Source of the DNA: Promethearchaeota archaeon
GTDB taxonomy: Archaea; Asgardarchaeota; Lokiarchaeia; Sigyniarchaeales; SOKP01
DNA length: 64,000 nt
Reading direction: 5' to 3'
Assembly (NCBI GenBank): GCA_016839555.1
Contig: JAEOUA010000007.1
Location: 32,001-96,000, forward strand
Made by a program: the position numbers and the translations under genes. Below, piece after piece: positions 1-10,731 of this stretch (position 1 is the first letter of the stretch; each line of letters starts with the position of its first letter). The notes below the pieces were generated by a model. It had not been told where the DNA came from and did no database searches. It saw nothing but the letters and a program-made list of their open reading frames with translations.

Positions 1-84
1 GGCTGAAAATGATTCTCCTTTACGTTTCTCTCTCTTAAGTAATTTATAAACACGTTCTGATAACGATATAGTTTTTTGTCCCAT
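1..84 (-). CDS. Antitoxin VapB-like (UPF0330/DUF217-type), 5' part only; runs off the window
   Basis: Manual translation MGQKTISLSERVYKLLKREKRKGESFSA matches the archaeal KTISLS..Y..L...K..GESFS pattern. Confidence 0.7.
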   Translation of the reverse strand, partial: MGQKTISLSERVYKLLKREKRKGESFSA

Positions 85-397
85 AGTATTATTAAATAAG
101 CAGAAGTATTTAAACAGATCTATTTATTTTAAAAATAAAATTTAATCTCCTCATTTAAAAAATTGCTTATCAGAAATAAATTGTATATTACATTTAGAAA
201 TATTAAAAAAAAACAAAAAATTAGTATAGAAATAATTTAAGCCTTTAATATTAATTTATAATATCCTTTTCTAAAGAGTTAGAATTTTACATTTTTTTGC
301 CATTAAAACTTTAAAAGCTTAATATAAGTAAAAGATATAAATAGAAATAATGTAAAATACTAAATATAAAAAAAATAAAAAGAGTTAAGTTTAAAAA

Positions 398-1270
398 ATG
401 TGTCAATGGTGTTTGAAGCACGGTGCTGGAAAAAAGTGGTATATGAATGCCAGGAATTATCAAGCAGACCAACTTGGAAATGAAGAGGACATAGTAAATT
501 ATCTCGAAGAACAGTGGATGAACTTCGAAACAGTGTTCATTAGGAAGATTATGGGAATCTCCTCAAAAAATTTAGGATATAAACTTAAGATGCCGATTAT
601 CGGTCGATTACTTCGTTGGAAGGCGGAGAGTATGATTCATAGCGAGAAAAAAGGAAGGAATGCTCAGCGAGCTGATGGACATTTTGGTCAAGCCATTCCT
701 TTAGAAGATGGAAAAGCAATTCTTTCGGAGCTTGCTGCAGAACCCATCTTATGTAATTATTGTATGTGTCGTTGGATGCAGCGGGGTGAAAAAGAAGCGG
801 TATGTATTAATTTTGGAGCATTATCGGGTGTACTTGAAAAAATGCCGCGTTTTATGCCTAAAGAAAGGACGAATCCAATCGATCGCGAAGAGGCAATTGA
901 ACTTTTGGAACGAAACAATAAAAAAGGATATATTGCGTCAGTATGGTTCCAACCTGTTCCCTATATCAATGCAATTTGTTCCTGTGAAAGTCCGGAATGC
1001 GGTGGTCTCAATTTAAGAAACAATTTCGGGCTTAATGCGTTCTATAAAGCAGAGTATATCATTCAATTGGACCAAGACAAATGTCAAGGATGCAAAAAAT
1101 GCGTAGCGATGTGCCAATTTAGCGCTATTAGATATATCCCCTCCTTGGGAAGGGTTACAATTAATTATGATAAATGTTTTGGTTGTGGCGTATGCCGTCA
1201 TGCGTGCGAATTTGACGCGCTAAAATTGATACCCAGGGAGGAATATCCCGGGTTTGATGGAACATATTAG
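398..1270 (+). CDS. 4Fe-4S dicluster ferredoxin-domain protein
   Basis: C-terminal CQGCKKCVAMC and CFGCGVCRHAC motifs, plus a Cys-rich N-terminal part. Confidence 0.8.
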   Translation: MCQWCLKHGAGKKWYMNARNYQADQLGNEEDIVNYLEEQWMNFETVFIRKIMGISSKNLGYKLKMPIIGRLLRWKAESMIHSEKKGRNAQRADGHFGQAIPLEDGKAILSELAAEPILCNYCMCRWMQRGEKEAVCINFGALSGVLEKMPRFMPKERTNPIDREEAIELLERNNKKGYIASVWFQPVPYINAICSCESPECGGLNLRNNFGLNAFYKAEYIIQLDQDKCQGCKKCVAMCQFSAIRYIPSLGRVTINYDKCFGCGVCRHACEFDALKLIPREEYPGFDGTY

Positions 1271-1281
1271 GGGGGAGGATA

Positions 1282-1542
1282 ATGGGAAAAACAAAAATAA
1301 CAATAGATTACTCCTTATGTGGAGAAAATGGAAAGGTAGATCCGAGAGATTGTGCTAAATGTTTAAAAGTGTGTGATCCAGCGGTATTTCTTATGCATGA
1401 AACTATTGGAACTGAAGACCAACAAAAAAATCCATACGACCCCCAAGACTGGAGGATAACTCCAATATGGGGCTCTATTTGCACAAGATGCATGAAATGC
1501 GTAAAAATTTGTCCAGAACAAGCAATTACTGTAGAATGGTAA
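1282..1542 (+). CDS. Small ferredoxin
   Basis: CAKCLKVC and CTRCMKCVKICP motifs; GGAGG RBS upstream. Confidence 0.8.
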   Translation: MGKTKITIDYSLCGENGKVDPRDCAKCLKVCDPAVFLMHETIGTEDQQKNPYDPQDWRITPIWGSICTRCMKCVKICPEQAITVEW

Positions 1543-1843
1543 TTTTTTTCTTTTTATCTTCTATTTTTTAGTTTCAGATTTTCCATTCGTGAGGTTTTAG
1601 GAAGGCATTATTTGAATTTTATTACTAATACAATGAATTATTGATTTCTCCTTTTGAATACCTCAAATTTTAAAAAAATCAATATAGAGTTTATTTGTGT
1701 CGGACGAACGAAATAATTAAAAAGCTATCGACTTTTAAAAACAGTTGTCATTTATATTAAATGTTAGGGATACTAAATTGATTTTACTTAGATAATATAT
1801 TATCTTTTTTCATTCAAATTGCAGTAATTAGGGTAAAGTAAAT

Positions 1844-2428
1844 ATGATATATAATGGTATTAATGAGAGAGAATCCCAAATAAAGCTTGCTAAACTATTA
1901 TCTAATGTCTCAAATATGAATGATTATTCTAAATTAAAGGATATTACCACCGAATTATTAGAAAAAAAGAACAAGGAAGAATTTAATAAATATTTGGAGC
2001 TCACAACAATTTGGTTTCAATCTATTTTAGGATTGAAAAATAGTCCGTCAAATGGAACCTCTGATAACAGAAGAATGGTCGGCGTTTCAATGAAAAAATT
2101 TATGAATAAAGTAAATGAATTTCACGATTTTATTTCGCAAAAAAAAGAGTTTTTACTATTCATTCCCAATAAAATAGATTTGTATTCGAAATGCATTAAA
2201 AATAACCCAGAAGCAGTAAGAATTGTGGAAAGTTTTAAAAATATTGCTAACAAGAATTTGGAAAAGCTTAATTTAATTATTAATGATTTCAATATATTTT
2301 TATTCAAACTTGAAGGAAATAATAATAGAGAAGAAAAGCAATATTATTTAAAAATTCAAGATGCTCTTCTTAAATTACTCATATTACTTCATGAACCAAT
2401 TAATAATGTGTTTTTTCGGTTTGAATAG
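1844..2428 (+). CDS. Hypothetical protein
   Basis: 194-aa ORF, no recognised motif. Confidence 0.5.
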   Translation: MIYNGINERESQIKLAKLLSNVSNMNDYSKLKDITTELLEKKNKEEFNKYLELTTIWFQSILGLKNSPSNGTSDNRRMVGVSMKKFMNKVNEFHDFISQKKEFLLFIPNKIDLYSKCIKNNPEAVRIVESFKNIANKNLEKLNLIINDFNIFLFKLEGNNNREEKQYYLKIQDALLKLLILLHEPINNVFFRFE

Positions 2429-2633
2429 TGCTTAAGACCAGCTCTTTCTTTAAAAAAAGAGATAATTCAAATTTCAAGATAATTTGAATATTGAGATAAA
2501 AATTATTATAAACAACTCCATTATCTAATTATTCATAACAAAGTCAATTTATTGGTGCATTTTAATTAAAAAAATTATAACTCCAAGATTTAAAATTGTA
2601 TTCTTTTGTTCAGCATTTAATTTATTTGCTGAA

Positions 2634-3389
2634 ATGTCCGTAAGAGGGTTTATTGGGTTGTTTCAAGGCTTACTCCCACTTTTTTTATTTCTTCATTATT
2701 TTACCTATTTTTATATCATTATTCATTTCATTGGAAAAAGCAAGGGATATGATATGGCAATATTAGCTATAGCAATTACTTATGCGTGGTTTGTAATGAT
2801 GTTCGAAACCGGTCTCGCATTTATTTGGGGTATTATTTCTTGGCTCATATTTATTCCCATCATATTTATTGGGGAATGGGGTATTCTTCAAACACTCCTA
2901 CTCCTCTATATTTCTGAAAATTATCTGGGTTGGCATTTATCGAAAACTCGACTTTCTAAAGTTGGCTGGATACTTTGTATAGGCTATTTTGCTTTATTTT
3001 GTATTTTTTCTTTTCCAGGAGCGATTAAAGGAAAACCTTGGTTGTATATCTTATCATTTATTGCGTTCGGAATAAATTTATTATTAGCAAGAAGGTTAGT
3101 ATTAAAAGGAGCTGAAAGGGATAACCCCTCAATTAAAAATAATGCAACTGGGCAATCCAGATTTTTATTAATTTGGTTTATTCTTACCATTATAATTGGT
3201 ATTATTAGTAGTATAATAGTTCCATTACTTTTTGAACCCATTACTACGCGAAGAGGAAGTGAAATGTTTTATATTCAATCTTTTTTATTAATGACGGGAT
3301 GGTCCTTTATCTCAGCTATAGTAATATTGCTATGGAGAAATAAAAAAGGAAGGATCTCATTGCCTTATCCAGAAAACAATAGAATTTGA
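2634..3389 (+). CDS. Hypothetical multi-pass membrane protein
   Basis: Several hydrophobic segments across 251 aa. Confidence 0.6.
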   Translation: MSVRGFIGLFQGLLPLFLFLHYFTYFYIIIHFIGKSKGYDMAILAIAITYAWFVMMFETGLAFIWGIISWLIFIPIIFIGEWGILQTLLLLYISENYLGWHLSKTRLSKVGWILCIGYFALFCIFSFPGAIKGKPWLYILSFIAFGINLLLARRLVLKGAERDNPSIKNNATGQSRFLLIWFILTIIIGIISSIIVPLLFEPITTRRGSEMFYIQSFLLMTGWSFISAIVILLWRNKKGRISLPYPENNRI

Positions 3390-3448
3390 ATATTTCTTAT
3401 TATTTTAATATTTTTTTTTAAAAAAACCGAATAATAGGCTATCAATAC

Positions 3449-4243
3449 TTATATAGAGGCAAGTTCGGCAGTCTCATATAAATAGCTAAAATAAAAATTA
3501 GCGGCGGGTCCAAAAGCGATATGATCAGTAACAATGCCGAAGTATGACAGCTTTTCAAAAAATCTCTGAGATAAAATGATAAACGCATTTTCACCCTCAT
3601 CTATTATAATTGAGGTGCCGAATAATTGATCTCGATACTTTATTTCAGCGATTTCTTTATATTTTAAGAGAAAATCTTTAAAATTTTTATCGCCTAAGGC
3701 TTCTTCTTCTATAAGAATCTTGATATCAGTAACTCCTCGTGCTCGTGCTTTTTTAATATCATTGTAATATATTTTAAGGAATTCAAAATCAGTAGTTACT
3801 AAATAGATTGAAGTCTTGGCTAAATTAATGATAGATAATGATCTATTTATACATACATTTCGTCCTCGATGAATATATAATGCGATTTTTATTGGTGTAT
3901 CATGACTTTGATAAATAGGTGTGAGATTATGAATAATAGTATTGGAATTATCATCAAACATCTCATTGTACTGCTTCTTAGCAATTACCAAGGCTTCATC
4001 GGGACTTTTTGCGAAGTAGCGGCTCGGTCTGGACTCTTCCTCTTTATGAATCCATTTTTTCTCCTTTTCGAGCTGCGTCAAGATATTATATATTCGACTG
4101 TAGGGTACACCCGATTCTTCTGAAAGCTCCTTGGCAGCCATAGGTCCTTTTGCTATTAGGGTCAGATAAATTGAAATTTCATAATCTGTCAGACCTAAAT
4201 TTTTCAATGAATCTTTCACGATTTCGGGGACTTCATCAGACAT
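3449..4243 (-). CDS. TrmB-family transcriptional regulator
   Basis: LKNLGLTDYEISIYLTL...LSEESGVPYSRIYNILTQL wHTH signature. Confidence 0.9.
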   Translation of the reverse strand: MSDEVPEIVKDSLKNLGLTDYEISIYLTLIAKGPMAAKELSEESGVPYSRIYNILTQLEKEKKWIHKEEESRPSRYFAKSPDEALVIAKKQYNEMFDDNSNTIIHNLTPIYQSHDTPIKIALYIHRGRNVCINRSLSIINLAKTSIYLVTTDFEFLKIYYNDIKKARARGVTDIKILIEEEALGDKNFKDFLLKYKEIAEIKYRDQLFGTSIIIDEGENAFIILSQRFFEKLSYFGIVTDHIAFGPAANFYFSYLYETAELASI

Positions 4244-4516
4244 ATTAAAACCTTAAGCTATTGAAAATACTTGTTTTAGTATATTTAATATTGGTATTAT
4301 AATATCAATAATTGTTGAAATACTATTAGAAAGATAATATTTATCTTTTCAAATTACTAAAAAATTTTACTGATTTATAATAACGGGTTTAGTTAATAAA
4401 AGAAATTTATTATATTATAACAATATTAATTAGTTTCATATAAAAACTTTTTCCTCTCAATTTTTTAGATAATAGAGTTAATAAAAATAAGCTTTTAATT
4501 CTCTAATGATTATGTA

Positions 4517-6133
4517 CTATTTAAAATATATTTGTATGAATTTTAATCTTTCTTGCTCGGGATTTTCAGTTTTTCTTAAGAAATAATTTTCATATGATTG
4601 ATAAAGAGTTAGCATATCATCATAGAGCATCTGATATTTTTCATCTGGATGGATAATCTGTTTATCTTGAATATTTAAGAATTGAGAAGTTAATTCTTCC
4701 CATTCAATATTATTCTTGGTAAAATCAAGATATGATTTCGCCGCTCGCAAACTTGCTCCCAAAGCAGCTGAATCTGTGATTTGAAATTGAACCACAGGCG
4801 TATTGAATATATTTGCAGCAACTTGAAGAATCTCTTTATTCATTGATGCGCTTCCCGTGGCATAAAGTATTTCTGGTTTCTCGCTGATCCATTGCGAATG
4901 CAGCTTCATAGATAAAAATTGGGCTTCAATTATACCTCTAATACTTCTCTTGATATCATTTTCATCAAATCCAAATCTTTGAACTTTAGGATCTAATACT
5001 AATGGAACAATTTCTGGAAAAAAATAGGGGAGCATAATTTTACCATCATTTCCTGGCGGTGTTTCCTCCAAAATTTTTGAAAATGAGTTCCAGTCCAAAT
5101 TAAAACGATTTTTTATTTGTTCACGCGCTAATGAGCCATTCTTAAAACAGATTAAACTCATATAATCTCCTGTTGGAGCCCCAAATACATGGCCTTCTCC
5201 TTTAAAATCAAGAGAAAGTTGTTCTAAATAACTAAAAAAGGTATCACTCGTTCCCAAACTAATAGCTGCTCTTCCTTTTTTTATTAATCCTGTTCCTATG
5301 AGGCTATTAGGATTATCTCCCGAAAATGCGATTATTTTGCAATTATTTGAAAAGCCATATTTTTTAATAAAATATTTAGATATATTTCCTATGATATTTG
5401 GTGAATTTACTAAAGATGGTAACTTATCTATTAAATTAGGTGCTGTTGCTTCTAATGCTCGTGAATCCCACTCTTTAGTAGAAATATTCATCAAATTCAT
5501 TCCAGCACCATCTCCATAATCAATTGGGGCATTCTTTCCAATCAGAATAGAAGCCATAAAAGAGCTTACTAAATGTATTATTGCTGTATCTTTGTATTGC
5601 ATTGGATTATTTTGAAAAAATTTTCTAATTTGGGGCCCAGAAAAGCGTTCAAAAGTATTGGAGCCTGTAATTTTAATAGTCTCTTTCATGCCACCTAAAG
5701 ACTCTCTTATTTCTTCACATTGCTTAGTTGTGCTGGAATCCATCCAAATAGGACTTGTTTTTCGAGTAAAAGTATTTTCTAATTGAATTTTAAGGGTTTT
5801 TACTGGGTTCAAAGTTTTAAGAACCTTCTCAAAGGTATCATTTAAATACACAGTACCATGTTGTTGTCCTGACCCAGAAATTGCTTTTATATCCCCAATA
5901 CACACCTTACTCTTCTTCATAATATTAAATAATAAATCTAAAGATTCCACCCACATTAAAGGATACGAATGCACCACTGTCTCATTCTCCGAATATATCG
6001 CACCATTTTCTGTATTATAATGGGGTAAAGATTTATCAAAATTTATCTTTCTTTTATATACTACCTTATTTTTTTCAATATCAATTACTATTACAGTAAT
6101 AGATTGAGTAGAAAAATCTAATCCAAGAAACAT
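4517..6133 (-). CDS. xylB: FGGY carbohydrate kinase, xylulokinase (eukaryotic XYLB-like subtype)
   Basis: LGLDFSTQS, SGSGQQHGTVY, PIWMDSST, ERFSGPQIRK, HLVSSF, GDNP, ISLGTSDT motifs. Confidence 0.85.
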   Translation of the reverse strand: MFLGLDFSTQSITVIVIDIEKNKVVYKRKINFDKSLPHYNTENGAIYSENETVVHSYPLMWVESLDLLFNIMKKSKVCIGDIKAISGSGQQHGTVYLNDTFEKVLKTLNPVKTLKIQLENTFTRKTSPIWMDSSTTKQCEEIRESLGGMKETIKITGSNTFERFSGPQIRKFFQNNPMQYKDTAIIHLVSSFMASILIGKNAPIDYGDGAGMNLMNISTKEWDSRALEATAPNLIDKLPSLVNSPNIIGNISKYFIKKYGFSNNCKIIAFSGDNPNSLIGTGLIKKGRAAISLGTSDTFFSYLEQLSLDFKGEGHVFGAPTGDYMSLICFKNGSLAREQIKNRFNLDWNSFSKILEETPPGNDGKIMLPYFFPEIVPLVLDPKVQRFGFDENDIKRSIRGIIEAQFLSMKLHSQWISEKPEILYATGSASMNKEILQVAANIFNTPVVQFQITDSAALGASLRAAKSYLDFTKNNIEWEELTSQFLNIQDKQIIHPDEKYQMLYDDMLTLYQSYENYFLRKTENPEQERLKFIQIYFK

Positions 6134-6273
6134 TTTACGGTTTTATTCTTTATTATTAGCAAGATTTAATATATTTTTCAATAAATGGTATTTTTATTGA
6201 TAGTTTTGTTTATCTATTATTTAAAACTAATTGGTTGATTGAATCCTAAGAGAATTTCGATTATACGGTTATA

Positions 6274-6711
6274 TTAACTATTTTTCAAATAAGAATTAAT
6301 TAGATCCATATTAAGAGGTATTACCCATTCAGCAATGTCCTTCAATCTACTTCTTAATTTTAATTTTTCTGCACGATTATTAGGTAATCCTTTCACTAGA
6401 GAATGACCATAATTTCTCAATATTGGATTATGGATGACTGATAAGGCAGGAATTTTACGAATGTTTCCAACATTCATTTTAATTACTCCATTAAATTTAG
6501 GAACTCTTGATAGGCGTCTTAGCTTTTTTGCACTACAATATTTTTCCCAAGCAGTAGATATTCCATCACTCTTTTCATCCCTAAAGGCATTTATTGGCAC
6601 TTCATTGGCAGAATATCCCCTAGGCTTAAGAATTAGTTTTAAGTTGAAATTTCGGAATAAATTATCATTATTAGGAATATATTTGACTTTTAACGGAAGT
6701 TTTTTAGCCAT
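6274..6711 (-). CDS. Hypothetical protein, possible RES/ADP-ribosyltransferase-like toxin
   Basis: LFR...AF...GISTAW...V.H.P...N.GH pattern; overlaps the end of the upstream gene. Confidence 0.45.
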   Translation of the reverse strand: MAKKLPLKVKYIPNNDNLFRNFNLKLILKPRGYSANEVPINAFRDEKSDGISTAWEKYCSAKKLRRLSRVPKFNGVIKMNVGNIRKIPALSVIHNPILRNYGHSLVKGLPNNRAEKLKLRSRLKDIAEWVIPLNMDLINSYLKNS

Positions 6712-7718
6712 GGAAAAATCACAATATGAATTTTATTGATATCAATTATTCCTTGAATTTCATTATTTTTATTATCCCTTCCATAAAAACTAGGCAAATT
6801 TAGAAACTCTTCAGAAAAATTGATTGTTAATTCCATTTCTTCAGTTTTCCAATGAATATCAACGCTTAAATCTCCGACAGGTAAAATATTAGGAACTTCT
6901 AAATTTAAGGAGTATAACTTATTAAACTTATAAAACAATCGGATTAAGAAATCTGTGGCAAATCTCCAGACCTCGATGTTAAAAGCCTTACTATCCTCAC
7001 CATCCCAATTTTCCCCTAAACTTAATATATGTTCTCTAGAATTATTGATTTCATTTTTTAATGTTTCATATTGTTTAGTATTGAAAAATGACATTTCATC
7101 AAAATCATCTAGCTTGGAAAAATCGTCTTTTTCTGATTTAAGAAATGGCTCTGTTTCTAATCCCTCAATAACAACTGTGTGATCATCTAATTCAGATTCC
7201 TCTATAAGTAATGAATCGCTGCTTTTAGTTTCTCGGTCAATATTTTTAGTATCTTCTTCTGATTTAATTTTAAAACTAGTTTGTATAAAATCATCTTTAT
7301 CTTTTAAAAGCTTTACAGATTCTCCATTAATCATAAAATCGGAAGAATCAGAATCATTAAAGATACCAATATTTCTGGTATCATAATAAGCATTATTATA
7401 AGCATAGGCTTTCGAGAAACCTGTTAAAATTGACTTGATACTTTTATATTCTGTTATCTTTTCATCCTTTTCTATTTTAGAGTCTGTTAATATTTGAGCC
7501 TTCTTAGCTTGTCTACCCCTTTGTAATAATAGTTTCATACGAGTAAATCGATCTAATTTATCCTTTAATCCAAACTCATTGACTTTGGTATAATATATCT
7601 CTGTGATTTGGCTACCTATAGATTTGATAATTTCTTCTCGAGTGCAATTTGGGTTAGTTTTTTCGATTTCAAGTATAATATTATTAAAATCAAAAGTCTT
7701 CTCTACTGTTTCTGTCAT
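6690..7718 (-). CDS. Hypothetical protein; C-terminal domain resembles putative antitoxin/immunity partners
   Basis: C-terminal L.ENWDGE...P.I.P..D.SVDIHW pattern; acidic middle region. Confidence 0.5.
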   Translation of the reverse strand: MTETVEKTFDFNNIILEIEKTNPNCTREEIIKSIGSQITEIYYTKVNEFGLKDKLDRFTRMKLLLQRGRQAKKAQILTDSKIEKDEKITEYKSIKSILTGFSKAYAYNNAYYDTRNIGIFNDSDSSDFMINGESVKLLKDKDDFIQTSFKIKSEEDTKNIDRETKSSDSLLIEESELDDHTVVIEGLETEPFLKSEKDDFSKLDDFDEMSFFNTKQYETLKNEINNSREHILSLGENWDGEDSKAFNIEVWRFATDFLIRLFYKFNKLYSLNLEVPNILPVGDLSVDIHWKTEEMELTINFSEEFLNLPSFYGRDNKNNEIQGIIDINKIHIVIFPWLKNFR

Positions 7719-8623
7719 TATTTTTTATCCTCAAGCTTAGATCCAATTAAATCTGAAACTATTTCATCTAAATCTTCTTTTACTTTCTTAGGAACTGATA
7801 CTTGTTTTTCTACAACAGAAGTTGATGTTTTTGGAATCTCTAACATTCTAATAAACATATATCTCCATTCTTCACAAATCTCAAATAAAAAATCAATACT
7901 ATTCTCTATATATTCTTCATCATCATTAAATTTTTTCAGATTATCTAATAATTTATTCTTAAATATATTATAGGATTCTTTCCATCTTTTAATTTTATTC
8001 TCTTCATATTGCAAATAAAATCTGAAGTATTCATACATTCTTCCAAATGAATTTAAGATGATTTTAAGCATTAATTGTTTAGAAGTGGAGCCATGACTCT
8101 TAATTACCCTATTTATTTCATTGAGAACTCCAAAAATCAGAACATCTAAATTAATTGGGGTATCATTAAAATTTAATTCCTTTATATAAAATGCAAGACA
8201 GAAATTGATTGAAAATTGAGAAAAATCTGGATTGTCTTTATAGGTTTCTCTTTCAACTTTAATTAAATCCCTAAATTCGGAATAATAATCCTGATAATCT
8301 TCCATTATCTTTTTTGTATGTAACTCATATTTATCTGAGTTATAATCACTAAGGATTTTTTTTAGTTTTCTTATTCCTTTTTTTAAATTTCCATCATCTT
8401 TATAAAATCTAAATTCATAAGTTATTTCTTTCAATACCGCCCCTAATAGAGCATATATTTTTGTTTTTAATATAGAAGCATTAGTCATCATACGATTACT
8501 TAAAATATTACAAAAACCAAAATCAAGCTCATCCAATCCATTAAGATAGGCTTTTAAATCTTCTTTTAATACATACTTAAATTTTTCAAATGAATTTTCT
8601 GTCATATTCATCATTCTTTTCAT
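7718..8623 (-). CDS. Hypothetical alpha-helical protein
   Basis: 301-aa ORF; its stop codon overlaps the start of the next gene by 1 nt. Confidence 0.6.
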   Translation of the reverse strand: MKRMMNMTENSFEKFKYVLKEDLKAYLNGLDELDFGFCNILSNRMMTNASILKTKIYALLGAVLKEITYEFRFYKDDGNLKKGIRKLKKILSDYNSDKYELHTKKIMEDYQDYYSEFRDLIKVERETYKDNPDFSQFSINFCLAFYIKELNFNDTPINLDVLIFGVLNEINRVIKSHGSTSKQLMLKIILNSFGRMYEYFRFYLQYEENKIKRWKESYNIFKNKLLDNLKKFNDDEEYIENSIDFLFEICEEWRYMFIRMLEIPKTSTSVVEKQVSVPKKVKEDLDEIVSDLIGSKLEDKK

Positions 8624-9307
8624 AATTACATTTTTATAAAATTGTCGTTCTATAAATATTTATTTTTTAAAATTCTCTTCTTCTTATTTTTTAAGACGAG
8701 AATTAATCATAAAATTATAATTAAATAAAATAAGATTTTTATGCTTCCCAGGATAATTATTGTTAAATTTAATAAATAATACCATAAATTAATAGAATTA
8801 TTATATTCTTATGAAGACTTTTCGGGTATCTATTACATCGTAATTAAAGGATCATTAAAATGCGAAGATGGAAAGACAATTGGACAAGAAAATAGGTATA
8901 TATTATTAGTAAAATTAAAAATACAGACTCGTGAATCTATTGAAGAACTAATATATAATATGACAATAGTTCGTGATTCTGTAATTGAATATGATAAATT
9001 AGATATATTCTCTTATCAATTTACATATTCTAAATCTTTTTCTTCCTATAATTTAAATTTTAGTATTTCTCCCAATATTCTTCTCATTTTTTTTACTTAA
9101 ATAATATTTTAAAAACATTTCTTATGGGTATTCACTCTTTTTTATTATTTTTTTAAAATTATTATCTTAAAAATGATTTTTTTCGATATTAAAATGAAAA
9201 AATTTTTAACAATTTAATATTTTTAAAAAAACGTATAGTTATTTTTTTACATAATTAGAAGTAATTTTATGCAATTTCAATTAACCAATTAAAAAGGGGT
9301 TTGAAAG

Positions 9308-9727
9308 CTGGACGTAATAGACTTGAAAATATTGGAAGAACTCAAAAAAGATGGCAGAATATCTTTTAGTGATATTTCTAATAAGGTGAATAAGACAGAA
9401 GCAACAGTGAGACGCAGAGTAAATCGGATGCTAAAAGAGGGGATAATAAAAAATTTTACTATTGATTACCAAATAGAAAGTAAACCAAAGGTCAAGGTTA
9501 CGGTTAAGATAGAACCAAATTATAAAGAAATAAAAGATATTTTAAAAAAATTAAGGCAGATTAATGAAATTACTCATATATGGCGTCTTTCCGGGGAATG
9601 TGGACTGTTTATTATTGTTGAGATTCCAACCATCGAACAGTTTAATCCTTTAATCGAAGAAAAAATATCCCAAATTGAAGGATTAAAAATCACAGAAACA
9701 TGTTTTATTACTGATGTTATTAAATAA
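9308..9727 (+). CDS. Lrp/AsnC-family regulator; probable CTG start at 9308 (ORF track starts 9323)
   Basis: (L)DVIDLKILEELKKDGRISFSDISNKVNKTEATVRRRVNRM..EGII HTH motif. Confidence 0.9.
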   Translation: MDVIDLKILEELKKDGRISFSDISNKVNKTEATVRRRVNRMLKEGIIKNFTIDYQIESKPKVKVTVKIEPNYKEIKDILKKLRQINEITHIWRLSGECGLFIIVEIPTIEQFNPLIEEKISQIEGLKITETCFITDVIK

Positions 9728-9747
9728 ATTTGAATATTCCAATAAAA

Positions 9748-9813
9748 TACCATAATTATTTTTTAATAAGATTATTATAATACCATAGTTATTTTTTAAT
9801 AACATTATTATAA
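9748..9813. repeat. 33-bp tandem direct duplication in an intergenic region
   Basis: taccataattattttttaataagattattataa followed by taccatagttattttttaataacattattataa (2 mismatches). Confidence 0.8.
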
Positions 9814-9834
9814 TATGATGATTAGGTTATAACT

Positions 9835-10077
9835 ATGTCTAAAGATCAGAAAAACAGATGCCCATATTGTAATAAGGTCCTTAAACATCCATACTGGGCT
9901 CATATCCAGCAATATCATCCAGAAGAATACAAAAAGAAGAAGACGTGGATTAAACTATATCAAGATTATTCAAGTGTAGGGATGGATGATAAAGTGATTT
10001 TTATTATTATGGCGGAATTATTTAATGTATCTGCCGATGAAATCAAATTTTATTTAGAAAAAAATAAAGTTCTCTAA
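9835..10077 (+). CDS. Small C2H2-type zinc-finger protein
   Basis: CPYC...HIQQYH. Confidence 0.7.
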   Translation: MSKDQKNRCPYCNKVLKHPYWAHIQQYHPEEYKKKKTWIKLYQDYSSVGMDDKVIFIIMAELFNVSADEIKFYLEKNKVL

Positions 10078-10175
10078 CTATTTCCTATTAAGGGTTTTAA
10101 AATTTTCACCCTAATTTTAAACTTGGGATTTTTTACAAATAAGTTTCTAGCTATTTTTTCAGTTTCATTATATGC

Positions 10176-10718
10176 TTAAGCAAGATATGGGCGAATTTTT
10201 TTCCATATTGAATTAATGAGTTCTTTTTCTTCCGTATCAGGTTTGAATTTTAAGTTTTCAAGAATATATTGAGTTTCTTTGGTGTATCTTTCAATAAAAG
10301 AGTGTGGTGCTCCAGACATAGTAGAAACATTATGTTCTCTGTCTGCGAGCTTGATAATACGGGCTTCTTTAGATATATTATTTATTTTTTTTGTTAAATA
10401 TTGAGCTTTTGCTTTATAATCAGTTTCATTCTTATTGTTTTTATATTGTTTCTTATCAGAGGTTAATTCTTGAACTAAATCAGCGATTTCTTTGTTAAAA
10501 TTATACTTTAGTTCATCATATGTGGTGTCAGTATCTTCCAAAGTATCATGTAAATATGCGGCAGCTAAAATTGTTTTATTATTCTTATATTTATTGAATG
10601 TTTTCAAACGGTCAACGACCGCAAAAGGATGAGTGTAATATAACTCATTTGTGTATTTCCTTTGATCTTTTCCGTGCTTTAATTTCGCAAATGTTTTTGC
10701 TTTTTCTATTAAATCCAT
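10176..10718 (-). CDS. HD-domain protein, small alarmone hydrolase/Mesh1-like
   Basis: H..DQRK....Y..HP, AAYLHDTLEDT and IKLADREHN motifs. Confidence 0.85.
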   Translation of the reverse strand: MDLIEKAKTFAKLKHGKDQRKYTNELYYTHPFAVVDRLKTFNKYKNNKTILAAAYLHDTLEDTDTTYDELKYNFNKEIADLVQELTSDKKQYKNNKNETDYKAKAQYLTKKINNISKEARIIKLADREHNVSTMSGAPHSFIERYTKETQYILENLKFKPDTEEKELINSIWKKIRPYLA

Positions 10719-10731
10719 TTTGTTATAAAAT

